DNA of 64,000 nt from positions 44,702,001 through 44,766,000 of the forward strand of contig NC_059437.1 of the NCBI RefSeq assembly GCF_021028975.2. The letters run 5' to 3'. This document shows, in pieces, positions 37,276-50,800 of this stretch. Position 1 is the first letter of the stretch. Each line of letters begins with the position of its first letter. The notes beneath the pieces are model-generated. The model did no database searches. It was not told the DNA's origin and worked only from the letters and a program-made list of their open reading frames with translations. Source of the stretch: Sphaerodactylus townsendi. Lineage: Eukaryota. The position numbers and the translations under genes are program-made.

Positions 37276-39387
37276 TCATTTTGGTTTGCCTTCATCAAGA
37301 GGCATGTACCAGTCCACTGGAGGGCTTTTCCTTAAGTTCCACACTGGAGCATGCTTCTCTTTTGCCAAAGTCCGCTCTTTTTCACTCTTACAAAGAGAGT
37401 CCTGCAAGAAAGAACACAATGCTGCAAAAATCACTTCCGCTATGGCTGCAAAGCAAAGACGGCTTTGCCTGCCTTTTCATCCGCCCACCTCTAGACTTGA
37501 TGAGGCAGCCTGTATTTCTGATAGACCACATTGGTGACTGGGCTCCAAAAGGCACCCTTTAACCCTGTCCAGATTTGCACAGGGACTGTCAAAAAACAAT
37601 ATTGTCCATATCAAGGTTATACATACAATGGATTAGAACATCATAATTCAGACAAATGGCCTCTGTAATAGATTTGTGTGCCATCCATCAGCTTGACTGT
37701 GTTTGTGCAGTGTGGCAATTTTATGTGGCCCATCCAGAGGTGGGATCCAGCAGGTTCTCACAGGTTCCCGAGAGTAGGTTACTAATTATTTCTGTGTGCC
37801 GAGAGGGGGTTACTAATTGGTGATTTTGCCATGTGATTTTTGCCTTAGTCACGCCCCTCCTCTCAGCAGTAGCGCGCAGAACTTGAAGCAGTCTAGCAGG
37901 AGGTGCGTGGCAGCCTGCGCCTGCGTGCATTCGTTTCCCACCCAAGGACCGGCGCAGCGCCTGCGTCCTTGCCACAGCCCTGCCCAGGAATGCCCCACCC
38001 CGGAATGCCCGGCCACGCCCCCGTCGTGCCCCACCCAGCCCCATTGGCGCTATGCCACAATTTCAATCCCACCACCATGAGAACCTGTTACTAAAATTTT
38101 TGGATCCCACCACTGGGCCCATCGCTAAAGTAAATATATCCTCCCCAATTCTGAGCATTACAAATGGCTGTGAACTCCCACCTGTACAAATCAATTCCCA
38201 GCCAGTGGTTCTACAGGGGTTACATAACTTCTAGATATAAAGAAAAGGGCTATTCCACTGCATGGTGATGCTCGATTAGTCACTCTACATACCTTTGCTA
38301 CTGAACTTTTTGTTTTCTCCCACTCTGTGCAGTTCTCATAGTCCTTTTTCCACTGCCTGCAAGAAGGGGCTTCCCCATAAGTATAGTAGTGATGGAAAAG
38401 GTTTCGGATGCTCCGACAGTGTTTCCATTCAGACCAGTAGTCATCACATGCTCGAGGAGGCTGCCAAACACAAGAACGTGTACACTCACACAGAGGCGCG
38501 TATAGGAAAAATGTAGCCCAGTGCAAAACCTGAGTTCCCCCCTCCCTGCCCCATATGGCAGGCCGCCTTCCGCCACCACAACCAAACAACTTTTTTGCAC
38601 CAGGTCATCTCTAAGGAGGAGGGGTGAGAGAGGAGATTTTCCACCCTCTACGTGACTAAATGGCTGCAGCCCGAGGACATTTGACCCTGTATTCATGTTT
38701 AAGGAGGCCACTGAAATCACTACAGAAGCTGCATTTTTAACCATGGGCAGGAACACAAAAGATGACCACAAATTACGGTATATGCCAAGTCACAGAAACT
38801 GCATTGGAAGGAACGTGCAACCATCGTGCCAGAGAGGAATTTCGAACTATGGATGGTCATTTTTATTGGTTAGTCCAGATATAACACATGAAGTTCTAGC
38901 TTTCTAATATGTGGAGAGGCCTATTTTGTGTAGGGATTTCTCGCACACTAAAGTGGCCACCTGAGCGGAGTTCACACACGCAAGATGCAAGGATTAAACA
39001 TTAGCGGAACTATTCCTTTGCTGTCCATCCCTCTCCTCTCCTCCATTTTATCCTCACAACCACCCTATGAAGTAGGGGAGGCTGAAAGACCAAGGTCACC
39101 CAATGGGCTTCCATGGCATGAGTGGGGATTCGAACCTGGGACTCCCAGATACTAGTTTGCCACTCTAAACCACTGCCACTGCACCACACTGGCTTTCTTA
39201 ACACAGGTGGGGTTGAACAGGACCGTGCACCCACCACAAAGCATGGCCCTCAGAACCATGCCATGAAACAAGCACACCCTCCACAGCCTTGGAAACGGGA
39301 TCTACCATTAAGTTCCTTTGCAGGGGATTCCTCAGCCACCCCCCACTCATATAAGCCACTTACCCTCCAGGAACCTCCTTCAGCCAT
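37276..39387 (-). CDS. C22orf39: C22orf39 / UPF0545 (PANTS) ortholog, complete, 105 aa. Exons: 39364-39387, 38293-38460, 37276-37401
   Basis: MAEGGSWR / PPRACDDYWSEWKHCRSIRNLFHHYYTYGEAPSCRQWKKDYENCTEWEKTKSSVAK / DSLCKSEKERTLAKEKHAPVWNLRKSPPVDWYMPLDEGKPK*. GT-AG junctions; lies between MRPL40 and UFD1 as in mammals. Confidence 0.93.
37735..38115. mobile_element. hAT MITE, CAGAGGTGGGATCC family, in C22orf39 intron 2
   Basis: Same TIRs; TSD GGCCCATC. A shorter inverted member lies near 39967-40156. Confidence 0.85.
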
Positions 39388-39389
39388 GC

Positions 39390-39710
39390 TTATTGGCCCC
39401 GCCCCCTGAAAGAGCACCACTCACTAAGGGGGGGAGTCAATTCGTTGGAGGAGCGTTATGACGCATTCCCTCCCGGCCAATCAGCAGAATGGTGTGTTTC
39501 GCAAGAGCGTGCCTAGAGCAAAGGGATTGTAGTGAGAATGAATCTGGTTTGCAACTTCCGGTTCCCCAGTGCAGTGGGCAGACTCTACGCGCAGGCGGTG
39601 GAAATACTGAAAACAGTACCGCAAGAAAACCAGTGCGGTGCAATGGTTAGTTAGACTAGGTTTGGGGAGTTGTGCGTTACCACCTCCTCCCCGGGCCACT
39701 CGCAGTCCTT
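39390..39710 (-). promoter_or_regulatory. C22orf39 promoter region
   Basis: CpG enrichment; GC box CCCCGCCCC (39397); CCAAT (39477); ETS-type ACTTCCGG (~39554). Confidence 0.55.
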
Positions 39711-40429
39711 AATCTCCTTTTCAGGATTGTTAAAGGCAGGTCTCAATGAAGTGCTTGCGGGAAGGAAGGAGACAATCAAACAAATACAGCAAGGAGAGGG
39801 GATAATGATGCAGAAATTCAACAGGTGGAGACTATCTGCCACCTATACTTGGAAATGGAACTCACCTTTGTTGTAGTGCAATGAATGCCTCATATTAAAT
39901 AAAGCAAGGTTTATAGAGAGAGGCAGAGTGTTCTGTGGCTTGTAAAGGTTTTGCAAGGTAGAAAAGCAGTGGTGGGATCCAAAAATTTTAATAACAGGTT
40001 CCAATGGTGGTGGATTCAAACAGTGGCGCCGCCGCACACACACACCTCCAGTCCCTATTGGCCAGGGAGGTTGCTTTAGTAACCCCTTCTCGGCACTCAG
40101 AAAAAATTAGTAACCACTTATAGAGAAGTGGTGAGAACTGGTTGGATCCCACCTCTGCAGAAATGCATTTGTCTTATGCTGTGTCGCTTGAATATCTCCC
40201 TGCCACGTAGCACTTTCAGGCATAGGGGCATAGGAGCTCTGCTCACCCTCTGAATCTCCTGACAGGCAGAAATTCAACAGACACAGCCTTCCCCGATAAA
40301 GAAATACAGCAGTGGGGAAAGTCAGGGAAAAAGTGTTTTCATTTTGTGACATTTTCCTTTCTTTTTTCAGTCTTTATCACCCTCACAACAAAGCTGTGAG
40401 ATAGGACAGGCTGGACAGTATGACTAGCC

Positions 40430-40577
40430 CAGGGGTAGGGAACCTGCGGCTCTCCAGATGTTCAGGAACTACAATTCCCATCAGCCCCTACCAGCATGGC
40501 CAATTGGCCATGCTGACAGAGGCTGATGGGAATTGTAGTTCCTGAACATCTGGAGAGCCGCAGGTTCCCTACCCCTG
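40430..40577. mobile_element. Palindromic 148-bp hAT MITE (related copies near 8015-8131, 13807-13941, 24515-24670, 33624-33724)
   Basis: Near-perfect palindrome CAGGGGTAGGGAACC...GGTTCCCTACCCCTG; TSD GACTAGCC; inserted into a SINE. Confidence 0.9.
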
Positions 40578-41839
40578 GACTAGCCCAAGGTAGCCCAATT
40601 AACTTGAAAGCAGAGTAGGAAACCTGATCGTGGCTTTATCCTGTGCATCTATTGATGGTTGCCAAGATGGTGGCTGGAGATCTCTTGGATTTACAACTGA
40701 TCTCCAGGTGACAGAGATAATTTTCCCTAGAGAAAATGGCTGCTTTGGAAAATAGATTCTCCAGCATTATTCCCCCCCCCCCCAGACCCCTCTTTGGCCA
40801 ACCTCTACTCTCCCTAGACTCCACCCCAAAATCTCCCAGGAGAGGGAGGACGCAACCCCAGTTGTGCAGGCAGATCTTCTGGCCCACAGGTGAAGATACC
40901 ATACAACTCCCCTTCAGTTTCAGACAGGCAGAAATTTACACTTTTATTTCTTCATTTCTTCATTATCGAATCTCTTCTGTCTTCACGGAAAAAACCCCAA
41001 CACAATTTAATTTTTTTTCCTAAAGGCTATTCCAGTTTCTCTTTTATTATGGAGCAGAACCAGTATGGTATATATAGGCTGTTCAAAGAAATAACAGCCT
41101 TTGGTTAAACTGAACTGAATCTAAAACCATCCTAGTACAGGAAACAAAAAACAAATTCTAGAGGAGGGGTGTTAATATTATTTATTATCCAGGAAAGGAA
41201 GGGAAACCATAGCATAGCACAGTTATCATGGAGTAACAAACAAAGTTACACCAATTCTTGGACTGCAGAATCACCCAGCATCTAAAGAGACAGATCCCTT
41301 AATTTCACAAGCAAATAAGCCAGGCAAGCTGATTCCCCACCCTTGAAGGCATTTGCCTCAGGTTGAGAATATATTGTAGCAGCTTCACACCTAACTCCAC
41401 CCCCACCCCACCCCCGAGATCACATTTTAGCTTCTAGCCAGGGCAAAGTGTTGAATAGGGTAATAAAGGAGTAAGAAAGAGGATCCAACAGGCACATTGC
41501 TTTCTTTGGGGGAGGGGTACTCCCCCCCCCTTAGCTTTGCAACAAGAATTCAAAGTGGAAATAGCTCATAAAAAGAAAGCTGCCTTCCAGGTGAATGATC
41601 AAAAGTCCACTACTCTTAAGCAGGATGACACTGTGCTATAAGCTCTGCTTTCTGCAGTTGGACAGAGAGAAGTCTTGGTAAGCTTCAACCTGCAGCTTAA
41701 GCTTTCCTCTGAAAAAGGAAAAACAGCCCTGAATTGGAAGGTCCAATTTAAGATTCAAACCGGGCCAAAATACTTAGGAGCAAGAGTCCCCCTTTTTAAA
41801 GAAAGAAAACGTAAAAGGAGAACAGGGCTGCACGGTTAT

Positions 41840-41845
41840 TTTATT
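41840..41845 (-). terminator. Candidate UFD1 polyadenylation signal
   Basis: AATAAA on the - strand about 25 nt after the stop codon. Confidence 0.55.
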
Positions 41846-41869
41846 GTCCCTCTGCCAAGGGGTCCAGAT

Positions 41870-44800
41870 TTAGGGTTTTCTTCCTTTCTTGCGCAGTGAC
41901 TGGCCTTCTCCAGAAAATGCAATGAAGCGGCTTCCAGGCTCATCCTGAGAGGAAAACAGCTTTGATTAGCTAAGTCATTCCAGTGGCATTGATGAATACA
42001 AGAAAACAAATAAGCCATGTTTCAGTGATTTAATTGACATACGCAAGAATGTGAATTAACCAGCTATGTTGTCCTGACTTTGCAACAGAAATGACTGGAA
42101 ACTTTCTAGTGGGACAGGCAAATCAGCTAACATGCTGAACAACAGAAAAGAATGCAAATTGGCTGCATGAAATCCCCCACCAAAATGTCAAAGACACAAC
42201 TTTACACACCTCTTCCATTTTCTTCACTTGTGGCCGTGAATTTCTGATGAATGTGATCTTGCCAATTTTGAATTCATAATTGGGTATTCCTCTGCAAAAG
42301 AACAGGTAGAGTTTAGTCCACTTGTCTCTTTCTCAGAAATAAAAGATTAAATAAGACATGCTGGCATAGCTTTTTATGATCATTTCGATGCCACTGTAGA
42401 CAGTCAGGAAGATCAGTCTGTGTTTGTATTCAGCCGCAGAATGCATAGTGGGGAAACCTCTGGCACTGATTAGCTGGCCTGCTGGAACAGTGTGGAAAGT
42501 TCTTTGTGAACAGTCCAAATACTCAGGCAACAAAGCTGTGGAAACACTTTGCAGCCCAACATTTGTGAAGGACAGAATAGCTGCCAGTTTGACCAAGGTT
42601 AAAACATTAGAGATAGGAATAACTTTGCGGGACAGTATAAAGACTGGAGAACTTCTGGAGATGGGGTTGAAGGAAGGTTGTAAAGAAACCTAATTAAAAG
42701 AAAAGAAATAAAAAAGACAATAATGTAGGGAACAAGACACTGAGAAGTGGGGTAATGAAGCAAAAGAAAGCAGGTCACGAAGAGGAAGATCTGCAGAAAT
42801 CTCAGGATTACAGGTTATTAGGGAACAGGGAGAAAAAGCAGGAGTGCTCAAGAGGCCTACCAGGGTGGCTAAAGAAAGCAAGACAATGCAATCAGTGAAC
42901 AAGAAAGACCTAAAGGTACAACAAGGACATTTAAAATGTCAATCAAGAACATAAGAAAGCGCCTGCTGGATCAGACCAGAGTTCATCTAGCCCAGCACTC
43001 TGCTACTCGCAGTGGCCCACCAGGTGCCTTTGGGAGCTCACATGCAGGATATGAAAGCAATGGCCTTTTGCTGCTGCTGCTGCTCCCGAGCACCTGGTCT
43101 GCTCTTAGCATTCATCACTTACTGACTGTAAACACCACAGTGCCAAGCAAGATAATTTAAGAGATTTTGCTAGAAGAACAATATGAATTGGCAAACTGAC
43201 CTTCGAATATCTCCAGGCTTAATTGGTGAAGGACTTGGTTCGACGCCTTTCTTTTTCCCATCCAGCCTGTTCCCAGATCCTGTAAATGCCTACCGGAAAA
43301 GAATATTAACCTGGAATCATGATGAAGTCATACACTTACACTACGGGACAGAATACACCAAGAGGACAGTCTGCATCCCATTGAAGATTTCAGCAAGTCT
43401 CTTCCCCTTACTGTGTGCAGGAGATACCAAATATTTTTAAAGGAATTTAGATCACTTTAGATTATTGGACTGGTGCCACTCAATCCTACACATACTTATT
43501 TGGAAGCAACTCTTACTAAGCATGATTGGTCTTGCTTCCGCATAAGAGCACATAAGAGTAAGACCGCAGCCTTTGTGTGTCTTACAATCCATCGTAGTCC
43601 TCTGCAGTTACACTGTTGCTTTTTAACAAATAGGAAATTGATTACTTGTTCCAGAATGAGGCTGTTGCAAACCACTCTGGTTTTCCTTGCCAGCAATACA
43701 TTTGCTCTTACTTACAACTTACATTCTTAATAGTCTACATCAGTGATGGCGAACCTATGGCACGAGTGCCAGAGGTGGCACTCAGAGCCCTCTCTGTGGG
43801 CATGCACACACAGGGTTCATCATGTTGGGGGGGGGCAGAAAATCACACACCCCCACGCACACACATCTAGGCTGGCTTGGGCCGCTGGGCACGACACCCC
43901 ACAAAGAGCAGGGAGGACTCGGCTGGTGGGCCTGGTGCCTGTGCTCTGGATGGCTGCTGCCCAAGGGCGGGCAGAGGTAGAGGAGGCGGAGATGCTAGAG
44001 AGGCACAGAGCAGTGCATGTGGGACTTGCTGGAGGCTAGAGCAGGCAGAGGGGTGGGGTGGGTGGAGTGGCAGAGGGATGGGGTGGAGGCACTGGAGCAG
44101 TGCAGGGCAGAGCGGTGGGTGCATGCAGGACTAAAACCTCAGTATTCAGGTTAAATTGCCATGTTGGCACTTTGCGATACATAAGTGGGTTTTGTGTTGC
44201 AATTTGGGCACTTGGTTTCGAAAAGGTTCGCCATCATTGGTCTACATAGTCTGCTTGTTCCCAGATCTAGCCTGTGTTTCCTTCTTCCCAGTCTGCATGC
44301 AAAGAAGAGTTATGCCAGAAGAACTGATTTATACCGAGTATGAGAACTGCTCATATCCCACTTCGCAGCAAGTGACAAAACCATTTTATGTCCCCACAAG
44401 GAGCCTCTTTCCATGGTCTGTAGTTCTGACATAGCACACCAGCAGAGAAGCTTTCCAGGGGCCCGTTCCATCAAGAAAAGGGAAACTACCCCAGATGTCT
44501 ACGAGCCATCTATAATCAGCCACATAAGGGACTTACACGGAATCCTATCTCTGTCACATAACGACTAGGATCTGCTTCAGGATCCTGCAAAGCAAAAAAG
44601 AGAAATATATGGCTTTGTTTTATAATGATGTCACTGCAAAATGCAATAACTCACTGGGAACTTCTCGAAGTCTTGACATTTCTAGGAGGTTTTTTTTACA
44701 TTGTAATGTTTTTGAGGACAGCTTTCAATCTGAGGGCAGCTTTCAAAGCGCAATCTTATACATGTTTACTCAGAGGCGAGTCCTAATTGTGGGGCTCATT

Positions 44801-47800
44801 TCAAGACGACCGTGTACAGGTTGGCAGCCTTAGGAAGCTGAACAAATGGTACAGATAGCTCAATCATTTCATTTCAACCTTTAATGGCATATAAATTATT
44901 AGTATATTTCCATTTAAAAGAGAAAACTTTTAAAACATTTAAATACGGGTGTTTAAAATGCTTTCCAAGAATTTAGCCACTGCCAGGGTGATCGATGGAT
45001 TACAGTCACTTAGCAGAAAGTGAGTGGTCTGGAACTTGGAGTGCTCAAGTCTTGGAAGCAGCAGAGGGTGAATTAAAATCATGCGCAGGTTACTGTGAAG
45101 ACAGCATTCCAGAAGAATATGAGTTATGGTTTCTATAGATCCACATCCGCAATGGCATAGTCTCTGACGTTTAGGGATCTGGAGGTGTCTCCCTGAGGTT
45201 TCCGCTGATGGGAAAATATTGAGGCGTGCTAGCATGAATGCACGACGTTGGTTAGATAGCTCAATCAAGAATGTGACCTGCAGTGATTATCTAATTTGTC
45301 CCTTCAAAGAGGACAAATGTATCAAAGCCTATCCTTGAGGATAGCTAAATGAAACCTCCACATTCAGAGGCAGTCTACCAGTAGATACAGGCTGCTTGGG
45401 GACAACTGCAGGGGCAAGGTTCACACATGAAGCTACCTAATACAGAATCAAATGACTGGTCCAGCAAGGTCAGTTATGTCTATTCACACTGGCAGTGGCT
45501 CTCCAGGCTCTTTGGTCAGGGTCTTTCTCGTCACCTACGGCCTGAGCCTTAACTGGAGATCCTTAGGAATGAGCCTGGGACCTTCTGCATGCAAAGCTCC
45601 ACCACTGAGCCACAGCACCTCCCCAACTTTGGCTTCTGCAGCCCTCCTGAAAGCCTTTGAGGAGCTTTTGTCTGGCTACTGCAGACTGCTTTGACAGGTG
45701 GACCTCCGGCCCAATCCAGCAGGGATCTTATGTTCTTATCCGTCCAAAGCATCTATTGCTTCTGCTCAAAGGTCTTTCTTTTTTTGAGGGTGGCGTGTGT
45801 GTGGGTGTGTGTGTATCCCAAAGGGCAGAAAGCTGAGAATAAGTCTTAAGGTAACTTACAGTGGATTCTTCATGGTGTGCCTGTCTTTCTGGTTCCTTGT
45901 AACCCAGCGGTGCATCAAAATCTACCTGTTATGAGTGAAGTTTAACATAAAGTTTATAATCGGATGATTTATCATAGCCCTAGACACATCATAGCCCTAG
46001 ACCAGGGGTCGGGAACCTTTTAGACTCAAAGAGCCATTTGGGCCCATTTTCCCCGGAAAAGAAAATTCATGGAGCCGCACCCTGGGGGGGGGGGGGGATT
46101 CCACTTCCTTCTCTCCCCCCCTCTGTGGGGGGGCGGACGGAGGCGCGGAGGCCGCTTTTTTCTCTGGGGGGGAGGCAGCGGAGGCTGTTGTTTCGACTCT
46201 GCTGCTTCTGTTGCTGCTTCCGCTGGTTTCACTTTCACCGCTGTTGCGGCTCCTTCCCCCTCCCTTCTTCGACCTGTCAAAAAATCCCCTGCGTTGCCAA
46301 CTCCAGGGCTGAGCTGTTTCGGGGATTTTTGGTGCTGGCTTTTTTCTCTTTGGGGGGGGCGGCGGTGGCGCGGAGGCCACTTTCTTCTCTTCCTGGAAGT
46401 GGCGCCGCGAGGCGCTTTTCTCTCCCAAGTGGCGGTGTGGCGGGCGCTGAGGCTCTCTCTCCCGAGCGGCAGCACGAGGCGCTTTTTTTCTCTTCAGAGG
46501 CGGTGGCGGAGCCGCTTTCTTCTCTGGGGGGGGGGGTGGCGGCGGCGCGGAGGCCGCTTTCTTCTCAGTATTTGGCGGCGGGCGGGCGGCGAGGCTTCTC
46601 TCCCCGTCGGAATGTTGTGCCAACGGGCGGCAGTCTCTGCGCGGGGGAAGGGGGCGGAATCCCACGCTGCCCAGGAAGGGGCGTGGAGCCGCACCACAGG
46701 CTCTAAAGAGCCGTTTGCGGCTCGCGAGCCGCAGGTTCCCGACCCCTGCCCTAGACACATCATAGATTTATCATAGCCCATAGACACATCATAGCCCTAG
46801 ATCTATTTTATCCCATCTGTGCTCTCCCAGAGCATTTCTGGGGAAGCCAATGTGGTGTAGGTGTCTGAAACCCTGAATTCAAACCCCTGCTCTGCCAAGG
46901 AGTCAGTGGGCCATCTTTTGGGCCACACAGGTTTAAACGACAGCCTCCAACTTACATTCATGTCGCACTCTATGATAGACACAGCTTTGTCAGGCTTGGT
47001 CTCCATGACTCGTAGTTCGTAGATCTGAAATGTCAAGTATCAATCAGTATCTGTGGAGCCATTGTCGCAAACCTTAAGAATTCTTGCATGTGATTTTCAC
47101 ACATGTTCCCTGACTCTTCAGTTAACACCAGTGAGCAAATGGTTCAGTGAGCAAATTATCTCAGACAGCTCCTCCTGCAATATCCATCAGGCAGCTTTAA
47201 ATCTTTTTAGAATTAATCACAGACACAAGGAACTAATTCCCAAATTAAAAGTGATAATGACTCCTGCCCTGGCATGCAGATTTCAACATCGTCAGCTTTA
47301 ATACTACATGGATCACCTTCTCATTGTAGTTGATAGCAATGACGTCTCCGGTGGTCAGGCAAGCAAAATTTCTCAGAGCGTTTTCCAATCTTGAGAGGTA
47401 TTAAGTTGGAATATGATTTTATTTGGAGCAAACAGGTCACAGCTAGATCAAGGTCACATTTGCTCAATTGTTCAGCCAGAATTATATACTATCAAAGCAA
47501 TGTTAAGAAGACTTACTCCATTTTAAATAGTTTCAGACTATGATTTCCAGTTCTGCTTTGGAGGCCGTTACTGGTTTGTCTCCAGATTTTCAGTGTGATT
47601 GTTTTTGGAAAGCATACCCAAACCACACACTTTTATGCATTCCTGCTACAGTCTACAAAACTGCAGCAGTAAATTCTGCATTTATACTGCTTCTAAGGCG
47701 AGACAATAACAGTTTTGGGCTGTTTTCAGAGGTACAAACACTGATGGAAAAGCTAATTCAATTTTTCTCCCACCATGGGGTTAGCAAACAAACAAACAAA

Positions 47801-50800
47801 CAAACAAACTTCAGTGACTCGAACCTGTCCCGTTTCTCCCCCTGAGATATTACAAAAAAAGGATACACAGCTTTAGGGTTGGTGATGTCAAGGAAATCAG
47901 GGCTCTGAGGCTGAAATTTCGAATAAGTTGCCACCTGGAGATTAACACTCTCCACCTGCACGAGGCCTCCTTCCTCCAGTAGCAAGTTCTGCATCATCTG
48001 TAAGGGAAGAAATAATTAAGTGCTCCTTTGGGGATGCTTCATCTGAATCAAGCTGAAATGGAGTTTTTGAAAGCTCTAACTCCGGGGTTCCAAATTAGAA
48101 GTACAAAAGGATCACTATCACAATTGCTGTTTGAGGAGTAACTTGAGCACGCGATGAGCTACACATCATGGGAAAAATTCTGAAGGCTTGCCCAGCAACG
48201 GGAGAAGAAAAACGGTGGGATCACAGGAGAAAAGAGGTCAGCATCTGCCTCTCTCAGCCTGCCACTTACGTCTCTTTATTTCTCTCTTAGCAGCTATTTT
48301 TCCCCAAATCCTCACAAAAACATGATTTTAAAGAACCAACTTACCCAGTGTGGAAGGTAACAAATGCCCTCATCGGCCACAAATTCAAGAACCCCACAGT
48401 GGGTCATTCGGTCTGAGTTTTTATTAGTCAGTTTAAACAACATCGGATAAGTGATATTAAGTCGGCCTGTGAAAACAGGAGAAAAATACGTTCATTTCAG
48501 AAGGCTTCAAAAATGGGTCAGAGACTGTGATCGTGTTCTCATTTACTTAAGAGTTAGCCCCAATGAACGGGCTGCAGATAAAAAAGCAGAATAGCCCCCC
48601 CCCCCCCCAATACCTAGAGAATTGCTAGATCAGGCAGAGCTGTGGCTCAAAAACAGAAATGGGTCTACTGCACAGCAACATCACTAGTGCAATGTGAAGT
48701 TAAGCCATCAAGTACTCTTTCCGCTAATCCTCAAATTAGGAAAGCAGAAATAAATACAAGTGATTTCTATTTAAAATGCATGAAAAATGTTGCATTCAAT
48801 GGTTTTCTTGTTGCTTTAACAAACTAAAGTATATGACGTTGGAATGTGCCCAGTGAGGATATGAATTTCTCTAGGAAATTATCTTAATGAAAAGGAATCA
48901 GTAACTCTTAACTGCAAAGAAGACAAAGTGGTCTGTCATTGGGCAACCCAAAAGCCCAGATCTGCCTGAACCGTGCTTATTTTAACTGATTTTACCACAG
49001 TTTACTTCCAAGTTAGGCTACAATCTTAAGCATGATCACAGCACCATACTAAGCCACATTATGTCCTTCTAAATCCAAATGCTTCAATGTGCTCAGAGAG
49101 ATGTAACGATGCTTAGAATGGAACCTGAAACCCATCACTTCAAGCTAAAACTATCAGGCCACAGCCGTAAAACCTGAAAAACCCACAACAGCCAGTTCAT
49201 TCTAACTGCGAGAGCCTTCGACAATACATATCTGACGTTTGTTATAGCAATCCTTCAAAATAGGATTATCATCCCCACAGCGAAAGGAATAGGAGGAGGG
49301 CTGAGGCTGCCTACTTTTGCCTAGCCCCTGCTTACAAGAAGGGTGTGACTTAAACCTGGGACATGCCAATTTGTGGCTCGCAAGAAATTCAGTGAACTTA
49401 CATTGCACATGATGGTCAATTGCTTAGCCAACGGTAAGTTTTGTTTAAACAAAAAAGACAGCAATTGGGGAAAAAACTATTAGCAAAATTCACACCCAAT
49501 TGACTTTCTCTATTGAAGTTACAGCGATAAGGAAACCAGGAGAGACGTTGGTTAAAGGGTCAGACTAGGATCTGAGAAACCTTCGTTTTAATCTCCATGC
49601 TGCTGTGGAAGCTTACTGGATGAGCTTGGGCCAATCACACACAATAAACACAGGTGAAGGGCTGGATAAAACCCGTGTTGGGTGGGAACTTCGCACGGTT
49701 CCCACCCCTAACACGGGTCTAACCCGCCCCTAACCTGCACTGTTGGCCGCAGGGTGGGTTTCTTGATAATTGTGTTTTTGGCAATTCTTTTATTTTAAGG
49801 CGGCTGACAGTTGCAGCCGAGTGAACGACCATGATCAAGCATGAGAATTGCAGCCCCTGGCTCCCACCTGTATAGCCACGCAGAGGGAATGGGCCATAAC
49901 ATGGCCCTGGGGGCAGTCCTGCCTCCCTGCGAAGGCACGTGCCCCATTCACAGGGCTGGCTGTCCATGGGGCAGCCAGCCCTGTGAATGGCCCAGGTCAA
50001 GGACGGGTTCATGTAACCCACCTCTCACCTGGGTTTATTGGCCCGTGTGGAAAGGGCCTTAGCCTAGCCTACCTGGCAAAACTATGACAATAAAATGGAA
50101 GTGAACAGAATGATATAAGCCACTTTGGCTCTCCATTGATTAGAAAAGTGGGTATAAACGAAGTAAATAAATAAAATAAATCCATTACTCACTGAGTTGA
50201 TCCAAAGCAGAAGGTGGCATGATTACTGCAGAAAGAAATAAGAGAGTTACAGTAAGACTAGGTACAGTATGACAGTGGAAAGAATACAATAGAACTGAGC
50301 CTATGCTGTCACTGTTCCCAAACAGATAATGTCAACTGGAACCTGGATTGAAGGACTATTTATAAAAAGCACAGGGTTCCGACCAAAAATGGCACTTCCA
50401 GAAAAAAGGTTCCCTTCTAGTGAAACCTAAGCAGCATCATGACATTATTACATCATTGAGCAATGATGGGAAAGCACACTCCGCAATGAAATTAGAAGAT
50501 GTGGTAAGCCACAGTCTCTCCCTCTGCAAAGATACAGAACAGCTTCTACCTCCTCTTACCCTGAGCATATGATGAGCAGTAAAGGAGGAAGAATAGTGCA
50601 AAGGTGTTGAAAGGCAAGACACTGACTATTTAGCACAGTTGATCATATGACCGTCAGCCAACAAGATTATAGGATCAGTGTGCCAAAATGTATTTTCAAA
50701 ATATGTGACTGCAGATGAAGTGAGAAACAAGACAGTAAGAGCACATACCATGAGTTCTTCATCTGTGGTAGAAGCTCAGCATTGCAATTTACATTACAAG

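Noticed and set aside
45997-46787. Overlapping 220-250 aa ORFs
   Set aside because: Produced by GC-rich internal repeats of the hAT element at 46003-46748.
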